From a virus, in IMG/VR virus record IMGVR_UViG_3300017991_000072, positions 35,865 to 99,864 of that record: DNA of 64,000 bases; one strand, 5' to 3'. The position numbers and the translations under genes are program-made. The notes under the pieces were generated by a model, which was not told the origin of the DNA, ran no database searches, and saw only the letters and a list, made by a program, of their open reading frames with translations. This document shows positions 16,851 through 26,142 of this stretch, in pieces (position 1 is the first letter of the stretch; the number at the start of each line of letters is the position of its first letter).

Positions 16851-17110
16851 AAAAGAGGAGCCCCTGGGGACATGTGCGAAACCCCAGGGACTCTACCATG
16901 GCTGGCGTGATGGGAAAAGAAATGGAGCCTCATGTCAGAGCCCCTAAAGAAACCCATCACAGGACCTATGATACGCGGCCCCTGGGGCTCCTGTCAAGAG
17001 AAAAATGTTCCCTGTGTTTCTTCCTGGGGACCCCCGGGCGCGGCGTAGCCAGGCGAACAGGCCAACGGGGGTCCAGACCCCCGTGGTCTACGTCTGTTCC
17101 TACCGTGCTA

Positions 17111-18808
17111 CTACTCCCAGAACGATTGAAGGTCAACTTCATCCTGTGGCTCCTGTTCCTGTGGGGTAGCTGTCTTCAGATCCGTCAGCCCATCGTTCCC
17201 ATCACTACCGTCCGTCAAGTCTTCATTGTCAAGTGAAGAATGTTCTTGGTCACCTTGGTCACTCACCAGTCCTCCAGAGGTCATTTCAGAGCCAGCGCCA
17301 AGATGTGAACGGTATGAGTCTTCGTGAAGTCTCCGTGAAGCCTCCTGGGGAGACATCCCTGGAAGGACTGACATGGAAGGTAGGAGGCCCCGCTTGGCCT
17401 TCTCTATCAGGACGGCCACCTGGCCGGTCCCATCTGATAGGGTCAGGCTCCTCTTGACTTCCCCGCTGTCAGGGTCCAACAATTTCACCAGGTCCTTCAG
17501 CCTTTTGTGGACTTCCCCTACTAGAATGTCTGTTCTCTCTTCTGGAACCCCAGTGATAGCCTCCCTCAATAGGGCTTCTTCTATCCTGGCCAGATCCTTG
17601 GTAGCCAGGCCAGCCATGGCGGCCAGGGCGTCAAGGTGTGAGCCTATGACATGTCTGTCCAGTAGCCCCTGGTGTTTACAGTCATGGCCCTGGTCATAGT
17701 CTGGACACTTCCCCTTCAGAGGACACCTGTCACAGGTACGCTTCACAGCCCCACCAAATAGGCCACCCTCCAGTTGGATAGGCCCCATCTGTGTCCCTGG
17801 TGACCCACAGGTTCCGATAATATCAGTTATGTTAACTTTTCCAGGGACCCCTGACCCCACAGGGACCCCTTCCTGACCCCCTTCTGTCAAGGTCCCACAT
17901 GACAGGGGGTCCCCAGGAGCCCCCTGGCTATGCTCTTCTCCATCTCCGTCCCGGATCTCGCTTATATCTAGCCCATTCGTCAAGTTATTACTTGACAAAG
18001 TCTCCTTCACAACATCTTGTGGCGCTCCATCTTGTGGTACATTCCCTTGTGGTACTACATCTTGTGGCCCTAGATCTTGTGGCCCCTCTGCTAATCGTCG
18101 AAGATCCGGGACGGGAGAATGCGGCGGGACAGGAGAAACAGCCCCAATATCTTGTAGCACTACATCTTGTGGTACTACATCTGGCCCCCTACCGCTTGTA
18201 CCACTAGATCTTGTACTACTAGATGTGGTGGCGTCCAGAAAACGCTCCAAGAGGGACCGGCGGACAGGAGGCCCTTGGGGTTCTTCCTTATTGACCCCTG
18301 TTTTCACCTGGGGTCCTTCCTCTGTAGGGTCCAATGTATCCCTGGCTTTCCCCTTTGTATTCTGGGGAACTTCCTTCTCTGTGTTCTGTTCTTCCGCTTT
18401 GGCTGACCCTCCACCCCGCGCCCTGGGTTTCCCCGTTCCCTGTTCTTGTCTGGACTCCAGTTCCTCCATCCCCTTCTTGGCTCTGTCCAATGGATCGTCT
18501 GACTGGTCTTCCTTGTAGCCTGTCAGGGCCTTCATCATAGCTGTAGCCATGTCTGGACCCTTGGCTGGACCCTTCCCCGCCGCCTGGGGTTCCCCCTTCT
18601 CCGCCTTCTGACCCTGTACTGTGGGGACCTTCAGGAGCCTCTTCTTCTTGGCTCCCCCCTTTGTCCGCCGTGAAGTCCCATTTTCTGGGGTCTTTCCGCT
18701 GAAATCTTCGTTTTTGGGTGGGGGTGTTTCCGCTTTCAGCTTTCTTTTCTTGACAACAGGGGGTTCCCCACGCCCTGTCTTTTCCGCTGAATTCCGCTTC
18801 TTGGCCAT
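17111..18808 (-). CDS. Large low-complexity protein with a C-terminal Cys4 motif; contains the 15-bp DNA array
   Basis: GGAGG SD before ATG 18808; CDRC..KCPDY..GHDC. Confidence 0.6.
   Translation of the reverse strand: MAKKRNSAEKTGRGEPPVVKKRKLKAETPPPKNEDFSGKTPENGTSRRTKGGAKKKRLLKVPTVQGQKAEKGEPQAAGKGPAKGPDMATAMMKALTGYKEDQSDDPLDRAKKGMEELESRQEQGTGKPRARGGGSAKAEEQNTEKEVPQNTKGKARDTLDPTEEGPQVKTGVNKEEPQGPPVRRSLLERFLDATTSSSTRSSGTSGRGPDVVPQDVVLQDIGAVSPVPPHSPVPDLRRLAEGPQDLGPQDVVPQGNVPQDGAPQDVVKETLSSNNLTNGLDISEIRDGDGEEHSQGAPGDPLSCGTLTEGGQEGVPVGSGVPGKVNITDIIGTCGSPGTQMGPIQLEGGLFGGAVKRTCDRCPLKGKCPDYDQGHDCKHQGLLDRHVIGSHLDALAAMAGLATKDLARIEEALLREAITGVPEERTDILVGEVHKRLKDLVKLLDPDSGEVKRSLTLSDGTGQVAVLIEKAKRGLLPSMSVLPGMSPQEASRRLHEDSYRSHLGAGSEMTSGGLVSDQGDQEHSSLDNEDLTDGSDGNDGLTDLKTATPQEQEPQDEVDLQSFWE
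18008..18231. repeat. Tandem 15-bp array of NrdR-box-like units (5+6 copies)
   Basis: Units such as CACAACATCTTGTGG, TACTACATCTTGTGG, CCCTAGATCTTGTGG, CACTACATCTTGTGG at 18008-18082 and 18143-18231. Confidence 0.8.
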
Positions 18809-18964
18809 GGTGGCCTCCTTCCTTGACATTCAGTGAAGAGCCCCTTCTGGAGCCCGCGCCGTTTCTTGACTACCCCTCCATCATAGACCAAAAAAGAAGG
18901 GCTGACCAGGGGAGGACAGGAGCCCCCAGTCAGCCCATGGACGGACCAGACAGGAATTGGTCCG

Positions 18965-19423
18965 CTATATGTTCAGGGTCCCTCCTTCAACCTTTTCTCC
19001 GGCGTCAATCATGGACTCCACGCCAAGGTTCAGGTCCTCCACGTCAAAGGGCTCCACCTTCTCCAAGGCGCTTTCTGGGATGGCCAGGTTTTCCTTGTGG
19101 GACAGGATGTAGACCTTCCCGTCATTATGGGTTCTGAAGGCCAGACAAGGGACGAAGGCCGCCCCCATGGGATCAGTCATGAAATGGATGACCCCATAGT
19201 AGGAAACCCGCCGTCCAGTCTCCTTCTCCCAGGAGCGTAGGAACTCCGCCGCCAGTTCCGTCACTGTGGCCGCGTCTTCATAGAAGCCGCCCAGTTCGTG
19301 GTCTGGATTGTTGTTCTTCGCCATTCTACGTCCAAAACACAGGTCAGGTTCAAGGCCGCCGAAGAAGGCTACCTTGACTTTCAGAGCGTACAAATACAGG
19401 GTCTTGATCATCATGTTCTCCAA
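18965..19423 (-). CDS. Hypothetical protein
   Basis: ORF track. Confidence 0.6.
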   Translation of the reverse strand: MENMMIKTLYLYALKVKVAFFGGLEPDLCFGRRMAKNNNPDHELGGFYEDAATVTELAAEFLRSWEKETGRRVSYYGVIHFMTDPMGAAFVPCLAFRTHNDGKVYILSHKENLAIPESALEKVEPFDVEDLNLGVESMIDAGEKVEGGTLNI

Positions 19424-19903
19424 TTCAGGTTCCAGGTTTCAGTTCTTGGTCACAGTCCGCCGTGTGTCAACTCCTCCTTCCGCCAAACATCCAGACCAAG
19501 AACTGGGTGATCAGGGCCGTGAAGGCCACCATCAGGACCGCTTGTAGCCTCCAATCCATCCCTGACTCCTTCCTAGTCATCCTTCCTTGGTTTCGCCTTC
19601 GCTTCCTCCGGTCCTTCTTCTCTCCAGCGCCGCCACCATGTTCTGATCATGTCCAGGGCCAGGAGGACCAGGATGATGATCTTGATGATGATGGCCAGGA
19701 GAAGGTTCTTCACTGATCCAGCCCCTTGAACTTGGTGGGGGAGATCTCCAGGTCCAATTCTTCAGGGCTCTGTTCGTTCTTGGTGACCAGGATGGCCTCC
19801 AGGGCCTTCAGCCGTTCTTCATGATCGGAGATGACCTCTTCCGCCTTGGTCAGCCTGGCCACGTATTCCTTGGCCTTTTCCATCAAGGCCGCCTTCACTC
19901 CGT

Positions 19904-20173
19904 TCAACATGTCAGTCCCCTCTGTTCCGCTATGGCCTCCAGGACCATGATGGCGTCTTTGGCCGTCTGGGCCGGGGCTCTGTTGATGGGGGCCAGGAGG
20001 ACGGACACAGACGCCCTTTTCACGGAGGGGTTCCCTTTGGGGGTCTTCCACCCGCTGATGGTGACGTAGATCTTGGGGACCTTCGTCTTGGGTGGGTCCA
20101 ATTCGTGGAACTCCACCCTGTCATCCCCAAAATGGTCCATGATCCTGTTCTTGAAGATCCCTAGCCTGTCCAT
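19904..20173 (-). CDS. Hypothetical protein
   Basis: ORF track. Confidence 0.6.
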   Translation of the reverse strand: MDRLGIFKNRIMDHFGDDRVEFHELDPPKTKVPKIYVTISGWKTPKGNPSVKRASVSVLLAPINRAPAQTAKDAIMVLEAIAEQRGLTC

Positions 20174-20299
20174 GTCCTACATTCTACCTTAATTTCACAG
20201 GGAACCTGACCGCTATGACCAGCCTGATGAAGGTTATGGCCGCCAGGGCCACCAGGAGAACCAGCTTCAGGTTGGGTCCCACATCCAAGGTGACGTTCA

Positions 20300-20560
20300 T
20301 CATGTCTTCCTCTTTTCTAGCCTTCTTCTGACCCGCCTGGTCAGCCATTTCCTGGCCGCCGCCATGGAGATCAGGGCCTCCATCTTGGCCTTGGCTTCAT
20401 TGGCCTCCGCTACCGTGGGGAACCTGTCAAACAGGGGAGGGATAGGCTTCATCCTCTTGGCCGCCTCTTCCAGGGCCTCCCAGGAAGGCTCCTCCAGATG
20501 GCCTCCAGCTTCACCCAAGATCCACCCCATGTCCTTGGTGTTCCACACATGGTCAGCCAT
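20300..20560 (-). CDS. Hypothetical protein
   Basis: ORF, SD. Confidence 0.6.
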   Translation of the reverse strand: MADHVWNTKDMGWILGEAGGHLEEPSWEALEEAAKRMKPIPPLFDRFPTVAEANEAKAKMEALISMAAARKWLTRRVRRRLEKRKT

Positions 20561-20891
20561 TCATCATCCTCCCAAAGGAGTCCCTGACGATCCTGGCCGC
20601 TTCATAGGCCGCTTCCATGACTCCAGAGCATAGTGGGCCGTATCTGGGGTCATCTTCAGTCATCCCTTGGAGACAGGTGGCGTGAACCGCTATGTCCACT
20701 GACATCCCATATCCTTCCCCATCCGTTTCAGGATAGCCCACGGAGACCTTGACCTTGGCCTTGTCCCGAAGAACCCGCCCCCCACACAGGGGACAGTTCA
20801 GGATAGACCCGGCCAGGGCCTCCGCTTCTTCCATGATGATCTGGGGATCCCTGGGGGTGACTTCTGGGAAATCCTGGCTTTCCATCTTCAC
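20553..20891 (-). CDS. Hypothetical protein with CxxC
   Basis: ORF, coupled overlap. Confidence 0.6.
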   Translation of the reverse strand: MKMESQDFPEVTPRDPQIIMEEAEALAGSILNCPLCGGRVLRDKAKVKVSVGYPETDGEGYGMSVDIAVHATCLQGMTEDDPRYGPLCSGVMEAAYEAARIVRDSFGRMMNG

Positions 20892-21181
20892 CTGTTGTCC
20901 CTCCTCCAGTCACAGTGAAGATAGTGTGACAGTTGGTCCAGTTTGTTGTGTAGCTCCTCTACACTGACCGCCAGCTCCGCCAGAGCCTCCCTGTCAGACA
21001 GGGGATCCTGTAGCCTACGGATCCAGTCCTTCTTGATGGCTTCCCGCTGTTCGTCCGTGAAGATACGCCTTCCTGGCTGACCATATCTAGGGTGAATTGG
21101 AAGCGTGACCACCCCGTTGGTCCAGTTCTGTCCTGTGAATTGGTGTTTCCTCAGTTTCTCCGCCTGGTCCGTTTCCGCCAT
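20888..21181 (-). CDS. Hypothetical protein
   Basis: GGAGG-type SD. Confidence 0.6.
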   Translation of the reverse strand: MAETDQAEKLRKHQFTGQNWTNGVVTLPIHPRYGQPGRRIFTDEQREAIKKDWIRRLQDPLSDREALAELAVSVEELHNKLDQLSHYLHCDWRRDNR

Positions 21182-21452
21182 CCGTTTCCTCCTCTTCTTC
21201 TATCCATTCCTGTTCACGCCACTTCCCATCAGGCCCCTTTTCATACCAGACCCCTTCCACCCAGATCATGGATGGGCCAGGGCCAGGGGATGGCTTGGTC
21301 AACTCTTCCACCATGTCCTTCAACATGTCCGTGGTGATCCCTTCAGCCTCCAGGTCCTCCTGGGTCATCTGTTTCACGTCAATCCTGTGTTCCTTCCCTT
21401 CGTGTTCAAAGGTGAAGAAGGAATGATGGCCGTGGGACCCTATCTTCTTCAT
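21087..21452 (-). CDS. Hypothetical protein
   Basis: ATGA-coupled start at 21452. Confidence 0.6.
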   Translation of the reverse strand: MKKIGSHGHHSFFTFEHEGKEHRIDVKQMTQEDLEAEGITTDMLKDMVEELTKPSPGPGPSMIWVEGVWYEKGPDGKWREQEWIEEEEETDGGNGPGGETEETPIHRTELDQRGGHASNSP

Positions 21453-21874
21453 GACTTCTCCCTGGCCTTCTTGTAGTCCTTGTAGGAGTCCCAGGAGGCT
21501 TGAATTGGGGCCTCTGGTTTCAGCCCCCTGTCCATAGGGAGACATCCCAAAATGGGGACAGGAACGGGCTTGGAAGTAGGCCAGAAACAGACCATGGCCA
21601 CGGGGACCGTGTTCTTGACCTCCATGTAGCCAGGGTCATAGTCATAGCCTGACCCTGTGGACATGTGGCTGAAGCCTTCCTGGAGCCACCTGACCCCACA
21701 GAACCAGCCCACCCTGGGACGATACTTCCCGCCCCATCCCTTCAGATCTACCTGTTCCCAGGTGACCCTGTGACCCCGTTTCCCGGAGTCCCAGACCTGT
21801 TTCCTCTTCAGGATGAACTCCACCTTGACCTTCCGCCCCATGAACGGAAGTAGCGCCTTCAGATCAATCTTCAT
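21449..21874 (-). CDS. Hypothetical protein
   Basis: AAGGAGG SD before ATG 21874. Confidence 0.6.
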   Translation of the reverse strand: MKIDLKALLPFMGRKVKVEFILKRKQVWDSGKRGHRVTWEQVDLKGWGGKYRPRVGWFCGVRWLQEGFSHMSTGSGYDYDPGYMEVKNTVPVAMVCFWPTSKPVPVPILGCLPMDRGLKPEAPIQASWDSYKDYKKAREKS

Positions 21875-22256
21875 CTGTCCTGTCCTCCTTGAAGGCCCGT
21901 CTCCCGTGTTCTTGGGCTCCCCACCTACAACCGGCCCAGGACTCCCTTGGGTTCTGAACGTAGATCCCACAGGTCTCCCAGGACCCACATTCACATGGGG
22001 GCTCCTTCAGGGGTTTCTGGTAGCCTCCGTCAGCGTGATAGTAGCAGGGCCGCCGGGGGAATAGGACCACGCCAAAGGTGGAACTTCCAATGGTCCCTGA
22101 CTCCAGGTGGGCCTTCAGGTCTATGTCCCTGGCGTCAATCCAGACAGCCTTGGCCTTCTTCAGCCTGACCCTGGCTATGGCCAGGGCTTCATCCAGGTCA
22201 TTGGTGACCCCCTGGTCCATGATGTCATTAGCCAGTTCATGTTCCTGGAACGTCAT
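21864..22256 (-). CDS. Hypothetical protein
   Basis: ATGA-coupled start. Confidence 0.55.
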   Translation of the reverse strand: MTFQEHELANDIMDQGVTNDLDEALAIARVRLKKAKAVWIDARDIDLKAHLESGTIGSSTFGVVLFPRRPCYYHADGGYQKPLKEPPCECGSWETCGIYVQNPRESWAGCRWGAQEHGRRAFKEDRTDED

Positions 22257-22522
22257 AGACCGCCCGCTTCTGACCACCTTGATGGATCCAGCTTGTCCTG
22301 AAGCCTCTTGATCAGGTCCTTGACCTCCGCCCTGGCTTCAGGAGTCCTGACGCTGTCCAGGGCCTCCACAGCCTCCTGAAGGGTACAGACAGAACAGACC
22401 ATGAAGCATTCATGGCCAACTATGTGTTCTTCACAGGTTGGCCTCCCACAGCGCCCTTCACAGTTTCCGTCTCCGTAGCCTTCGCCTTCCTTCCCACAGA
22501 TCCAACAGGTGACCTTCTTCAT
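22253..22522 (-). CDS. Small Zn-finger protein
   Basis: CWIC...CEGRCGRPTCEEH...CSVC. Confidence 0.65.
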   Translation of the reverse strand: MKKVTCWICGKEGEGYGDGNCEGRCGRPTCEEHIVGHECFMVCSVCTLQEAVEALDSVRTPEARAEVKDLIKRLQDKLDPSRWSEAGGL

Positions 22523-22724
22523 GTCCCGTGTTTCCCTTCTTCCTCCGCCATCCACTTCTGTTCCTGGTAGTAGTCATTGACCGCCTGACAGATGTCCTCT
22601 TCTGGGCCAAGAGTCAGGAACAGCTCTTCATCCATCAGAGCCCGCTGACAGTTGGCCTTCTCTGGACATCCTGGCCTACAGGATTTCATGGCCTCCTTGA
22701 CAGCCGCCTCCATCTCCACTCTGT

Positions 22725-23036
22725 TCACTTCTTCCCTCCGTGGGTGTTCTTGGGGAACGGGATGATCCACAGCCAGCCGTTTGGGGCCTTGTGGCGTCTG
22801 TTCTTCCAAGCCTTGATCATGTCTTGGGCCGTCTTTGCCAGGGCGTCTTGGTCCTTGGTGTCCCAGGCCGCCCTGTAGCTGTCCAAGAGCGCCTTGAACT
22901 TGGGGTCCCAGGTAGTAGCCCACATGAAATGTATTTCCCCGTATAGGGGACCGTTGAAACACAGTTCCCCACGTTCCTGGTGAATACACTTCTCTATGTG
23001 GTCCCTGTTGACGCCCTGGCAAGGAACAAACCGCAT
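22725..23036 (-). CDS. Hypothetical protein
   Basis: ORF track. Confidence 0.55.
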   Translation of the reverse strand: MRFVPCQGVNRDHIEKCIHQERGELCFNGPLYGEIHFMWATTWDPKFKALLDSYRAAWDTKDQDALAKTAQDMIKAWKNRRHKAPNGWLWIIPFPKNTHGGKK

Positions 23037-23037
23037 A

Positions 23038-23967
23038 TCAGGCCCCCGCCTCCTTCTTCTTCTTCCGCCTCTTGTTCTCCATGGATTTCTTGTAGCTGGC
23101 CTCCAACTCCGCCAACATCTGTCCTTCCATCCTTGCTCTGGTTTCTTCGTCAGGCCACTGGACGGGGGGCCAGTCCTCTTCCTCCAACTGTTTCTTGAAC
23201 TGTTCTATCCCTGACTTGATGAATAGCCGCCCCATTTCACCCTGGTAGAGCGTTCTGGGAAAGTCTCCTTCATCCAGGTAGGCTTGGAGGATGTTGAAGT
23301 CCAGCATATCAGAGACCCCTACCCTGGCCGTGATAGTACAGAACTCCGTGGGGGCCTTTTCTGATGTGTCCACGGGAAACCCGTTGACGTGGCCAGGTCT
23401 AGGTGGGGCCTCCTTCGTCTCCTTGGGCCGCCTGGGAAGCAAGGATACAGGGTTCTCCTCCAGCGTGGTGATCCTGGCTTCCAGCCTGTTCAGGGCTCCA
23501 AGGATCTGGGCCAGGGCTCCTTCTTCTTGTTCTCCTGGATCGTCCAGTTCGTCCTCCTGTGTGTCAAGGTCCCCGTGTTCGTGTTCCATCGTGTTCTCCT
23601 TTCGTGGTTTCAGTGTGTCCATGAACCTATCAAAGGCCGCTTCTAGGTCTTCTTCTTCGTTCTGTTCGTCAAAGAAGACCTGTCTGAACCTGTCTATCAT
23701 GTCATCTTCCACCATATACAAGGTCCTGTCCCCGTCATATTCCACGGAAATGAAGCCGCGTTCCTTGTTCAATTCTTCGTAGGGAATGGCTTCTGTTCTC
23801 TCCAGGAAGTCCCCGTAGGCCAGCTCATACTTCATGATCTCCTTGATGACCGCGTCAGACCCCAGACGGGTCAAGGTCATGTCTGGGATCCACCTGGCTA
23901 TGGCCCTGAAGATCTTGTGACAGTGAATAGGGATCCGGATGGACAAGGATGTGTGTGTTCTTGGCAT
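23038..23967 (-). CDS. Hypothetical protein, possible N-terminal ribbon-helix-helix
   Basis: AGGAG SD before ATG 23967; TSLSIRIP...AIARW. Confidence 0.6.
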   Translation of the reverse strand: MPRTHTSLSIRIPIHCHKIFRAIARWIPDMTLTRLGSDAVIKEIMKYELAYGDFLERTEAIPYEELNKERGFISVEYDGDRTLYMVEDDMIDRFRQVFFDEQNEEEDLEAAFDRFMDTLKPRKENTMEHEHGDLDTQEDELDDPGEQEEGALAQILGALNRLEARITTLEENPVSLLPRRPKETKEAPPRPGHVNGFPVDTSEKAPTEFCTITARVGVSDMLDFNILQAYLDEGDFPRTLYQGEMGRLFIKSGIEQFKKQLEEEDWPPVQWPDEETRARMEGQMLAELEASYKKSMENKRRKKKKEAGA

Positions 23968-24002
23968 TGTATAGGCTCCTTTCGTGTGTTCGTGTTTTCG
24001 TG

Positions 24003-24575
24003 TCAGGGAGTCATAGCCTGGGCCTTGTCCCTCCACTTCTTGGCTTCGTCTTCCCTGAAGAAATTGTAGTCTTCGTCTGGATCCAAGGTCAGGACAGCCA
24101 CCACCAGCTTGGCCAAACAGGACGGACACAGCCCCATGGGATGGTGTCTGTCCTGGATGTTCCAGTGTGCCACTGGATGGTAGGAACAGTGTTCTCTACA
24201 GACAGCCGTGTAGCAGACCTGACAGGCCCGGATGGCCTTCTGGTTACAGTAGACCGTGGGAGACCCTATGGAAGGCTTTCTGGCGTATTGACAGTTGGTC
24301 CCGCCGCTGTTGACCATCTGGCTCTTCACCATCCAGGGCTCCAACTGGCCTTCCCCAAGACGGACGGAGCCTGGCCTGGGTTGGGGTGACAGCTCCATGG
24401 TGGACATCCTGGTCAGGGCCGCTATCCGCTGGATCTGGCTGTTGAACTCCCTGGTGGTCCTGGCCGCCTCTACCAGAGCGCCAGTCATGGTCTTTCCAAT
24501 CTCCACCAGACCACCACCCTTCTTCTTCATGTTGGCCCTTCCTCCTCTGATGATCCCATTCCTGGCCCGCGCCAT
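24003..24575 (-). CDS. Zn-finger protein
   Basis: CQVCYTAVCREH...CPSC. Confidence 0.65.
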   Translation of the reverse strand: MARARNGIIRGGRANMKKKGGGLVEIGKTMTGALVEAARTTREFNSQIQRIAALTRMSTMELSPQPRPGSVRLGEGQLEPWMVKSQMVNSGGTNCQYARKPSIGSPTVYCNQKAIRACQVCYTAVCREHCSYHPVAHWNIQDRHHPMGLCPSCLAKLVVAVLTLDPDEDYNFFREDEAKKWRDKAQAMTP

Positions 24576-24576
24576 T

Positions 24577-25137
24577 TTAGCCCCTTAGATATGGATAGAT
24601 CTTCTCCAGCCTGGACATGGCCTCCTGGGCCACCTGGAACTCCCTGGCCTCCTTCTCCGCCTTCTTGGTCCAGGCCCCTATCTCCTCCATGACCCTCTTG
24701 TCCAAGACCCCTTCAATGGCCCTGATCAAGATCAGCCGCCAGAACTCCTTCAACCAACAGTCCCTACAGACGATCCACCAGAGCGTGATTTCAGGATCCA
24801 TGACCTGGTAGGCCGGGTGTTCAACCTTGTGGAAGGACATCATCTGGCAGAATTCACAGACTGGCTTCTGACAGGTCACACAAAGCTTGAAGGACCTGGC
24901 CTTCCCACAGCCCTGACACAGACCACGATCCTGGCCGCCCAGAACGGAGTCCATAGCGTAGACTCCGTTCTTGGGCTTGATGGCGTTCTTGGACAGGAAG
25001 TAGATGGCGTCCTTGATCTCCTTGGCCAACAGGTTGGCGTTGGACTTCCCCGCCTGTCTGGGGGCCAGGGTCTTGAACGTCACTGGCTTGTGGCCAGGGC
25101 CGTGGATCTGGATGGTGATGGGATCCTTGGGGCTCAC
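24577..25137 (-). CDS. Zn-finger protein
   Basis: CQGC...CVTCQKPVCEFC...CRDC. Confidence 0.65.
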   Translation of the reverse strand: MSPKDPITIQIHGPGHKPVTFKTLAPRQAGKSNANLLAKEIKDAIYFLSKNAIKPKNGVYAMDSVLGGQDRGLCQGCGKARSFKLCVTCQKPVCEFCQMMSFHKVEHPAYQVMDPEITLWWIVCRDCWLKEFWRLILIRAIEGVLDKRVMEEIGAWTKKAEKEAREFQVAQEAMSRLEKIYPYLRG

Positions 25138-25409
25138 AAGGAAACGTCCTTCAGCTTACCTTCACAGGCCGGACACAGGCCATCTTCTTCCACACAGTCT
25201 TCACAGAAGAACATCCGACAGGACAAACACAGGAAATGATAGTCATCTACCCCACAGGTGAAACAGGGAAGATGTGGTCTTTCCCCCGTGTCCATCATCT
25301 CTTCCAGCTCTTCATCCTCCAGCGTGTCAGCCAGGGCGTCAGGATCTACCCATTCATCTTCATAGGAGGAGTCATCATCATAGAACTCTTCCATGTCAGT
25401 CCCTTTCAC
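25134..25409 (-). CDS. Acidic Zn-finger protein
   Basis: CFTC...CLSC..FCEDC...CPAC. Confidence 0.65.
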   Translation of the reverse strand: MKGTDMEEFYDDDSSYEDEWVDPDALADTLEDEELEEMMDTGERPHLPCFTCGVDDYHFLCLSCRMFFCEDCVEEDGLCPACEGKLKDVSL

Positions 25410-25713
25410 TGACTTCCAGGGCGTGGTCCTTCCGCCACGCCAAGTCAGCCTCCACTTCTTCCAGTTTCCGCTTCAGCTCCTTGATCTCCAGCTTCAGCTC
25501 CCCGTTGACCCGCTCCTGGTGATGTAGGGCTGACTCCAGCTCTTGGATCCGCCGGGCCTGTTGTTTGGTCCCGCCGTCCCCTCCCAGGAAGTCAAAGGTG
25601 GCCTTCTTCAGGTCCTTGATCTGGCCTACCACCAACTGGCCGCTGGACGCCAGGTCTTCCGCCTGGTCCCAGAGGACATCCAGGTGGCCGTCATTGATGG
25701 CTTCATCCATCAT
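25396..25713 (-). CDS. Coiled-coil protein, paralog of its upstream neighbour
   Basis: FLGGDGGTK motif shared with 25703-26119. Confidence 0.6.
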   Translation of the reverse strand: MMDEAINDGHLDVLWDQAEDLASSGQLVVGQIKDLKKATFDFLGGDGGTKQQARRIQELESALHHQERVNGELKLEIKELKRKLEEVEADLAWRKDHALEVSERD

Positions 25714-26119
25714 CTTCATCTTCCTCCTCTGGATCCTCCCCCAATTCCTCCTCCAGTTCTGCCACTTTGGCCACCAGCTCCCCGGAGACCTTCTCCAGCT
25801 CTGAAGCCCTGGCGTCCGCTTCGTTGGCCTTGGTGACCTGTTGTTCAAGGGCTCCCTCCAGGTTCTCTACCCTTTCCTTCAGGGTCTTGTTCTCTTCCAT
25901 GACCTTCTCCAGGGCCTCCTGGCCTTCCTCCAGCTTGGCCGTCAGGTCCACGATCTGGTCAGACTGGGCCTTGGTTCCGCCGTCTCCGCCAAGGAACTCC
26001 ACAGTCTCCGCTTTCAGGGCTCCCAATTCAGCCGCCACGGAAGCCCCGCCTCCCTTGGCTACCTTCTTCACGATGGCCGCCCACTTCCCTTCCAGTGTTG
26101 CGTCAGTGATCTCTACCAT
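25703..26119 (-). CDS. Coiled-coil protein
   Basis: SD; FLGGDGGTK. Confidence 0.65.
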   Translation of the reverse strand: MVEITDATLEGKWAAIVKKVAKGGGASVAAELGALKAETVEFLGGDGGTKAQSDQIVDLTAKLEEGQEALEKVMEENKTLKERVENLEGALEQQVTKANEADARASELEKVSGELVAKVAELEEELGEDPEEEDEDDG

Positions 26120-26142
26120 TTCCTTCTCCTTTCATGGGTCTC

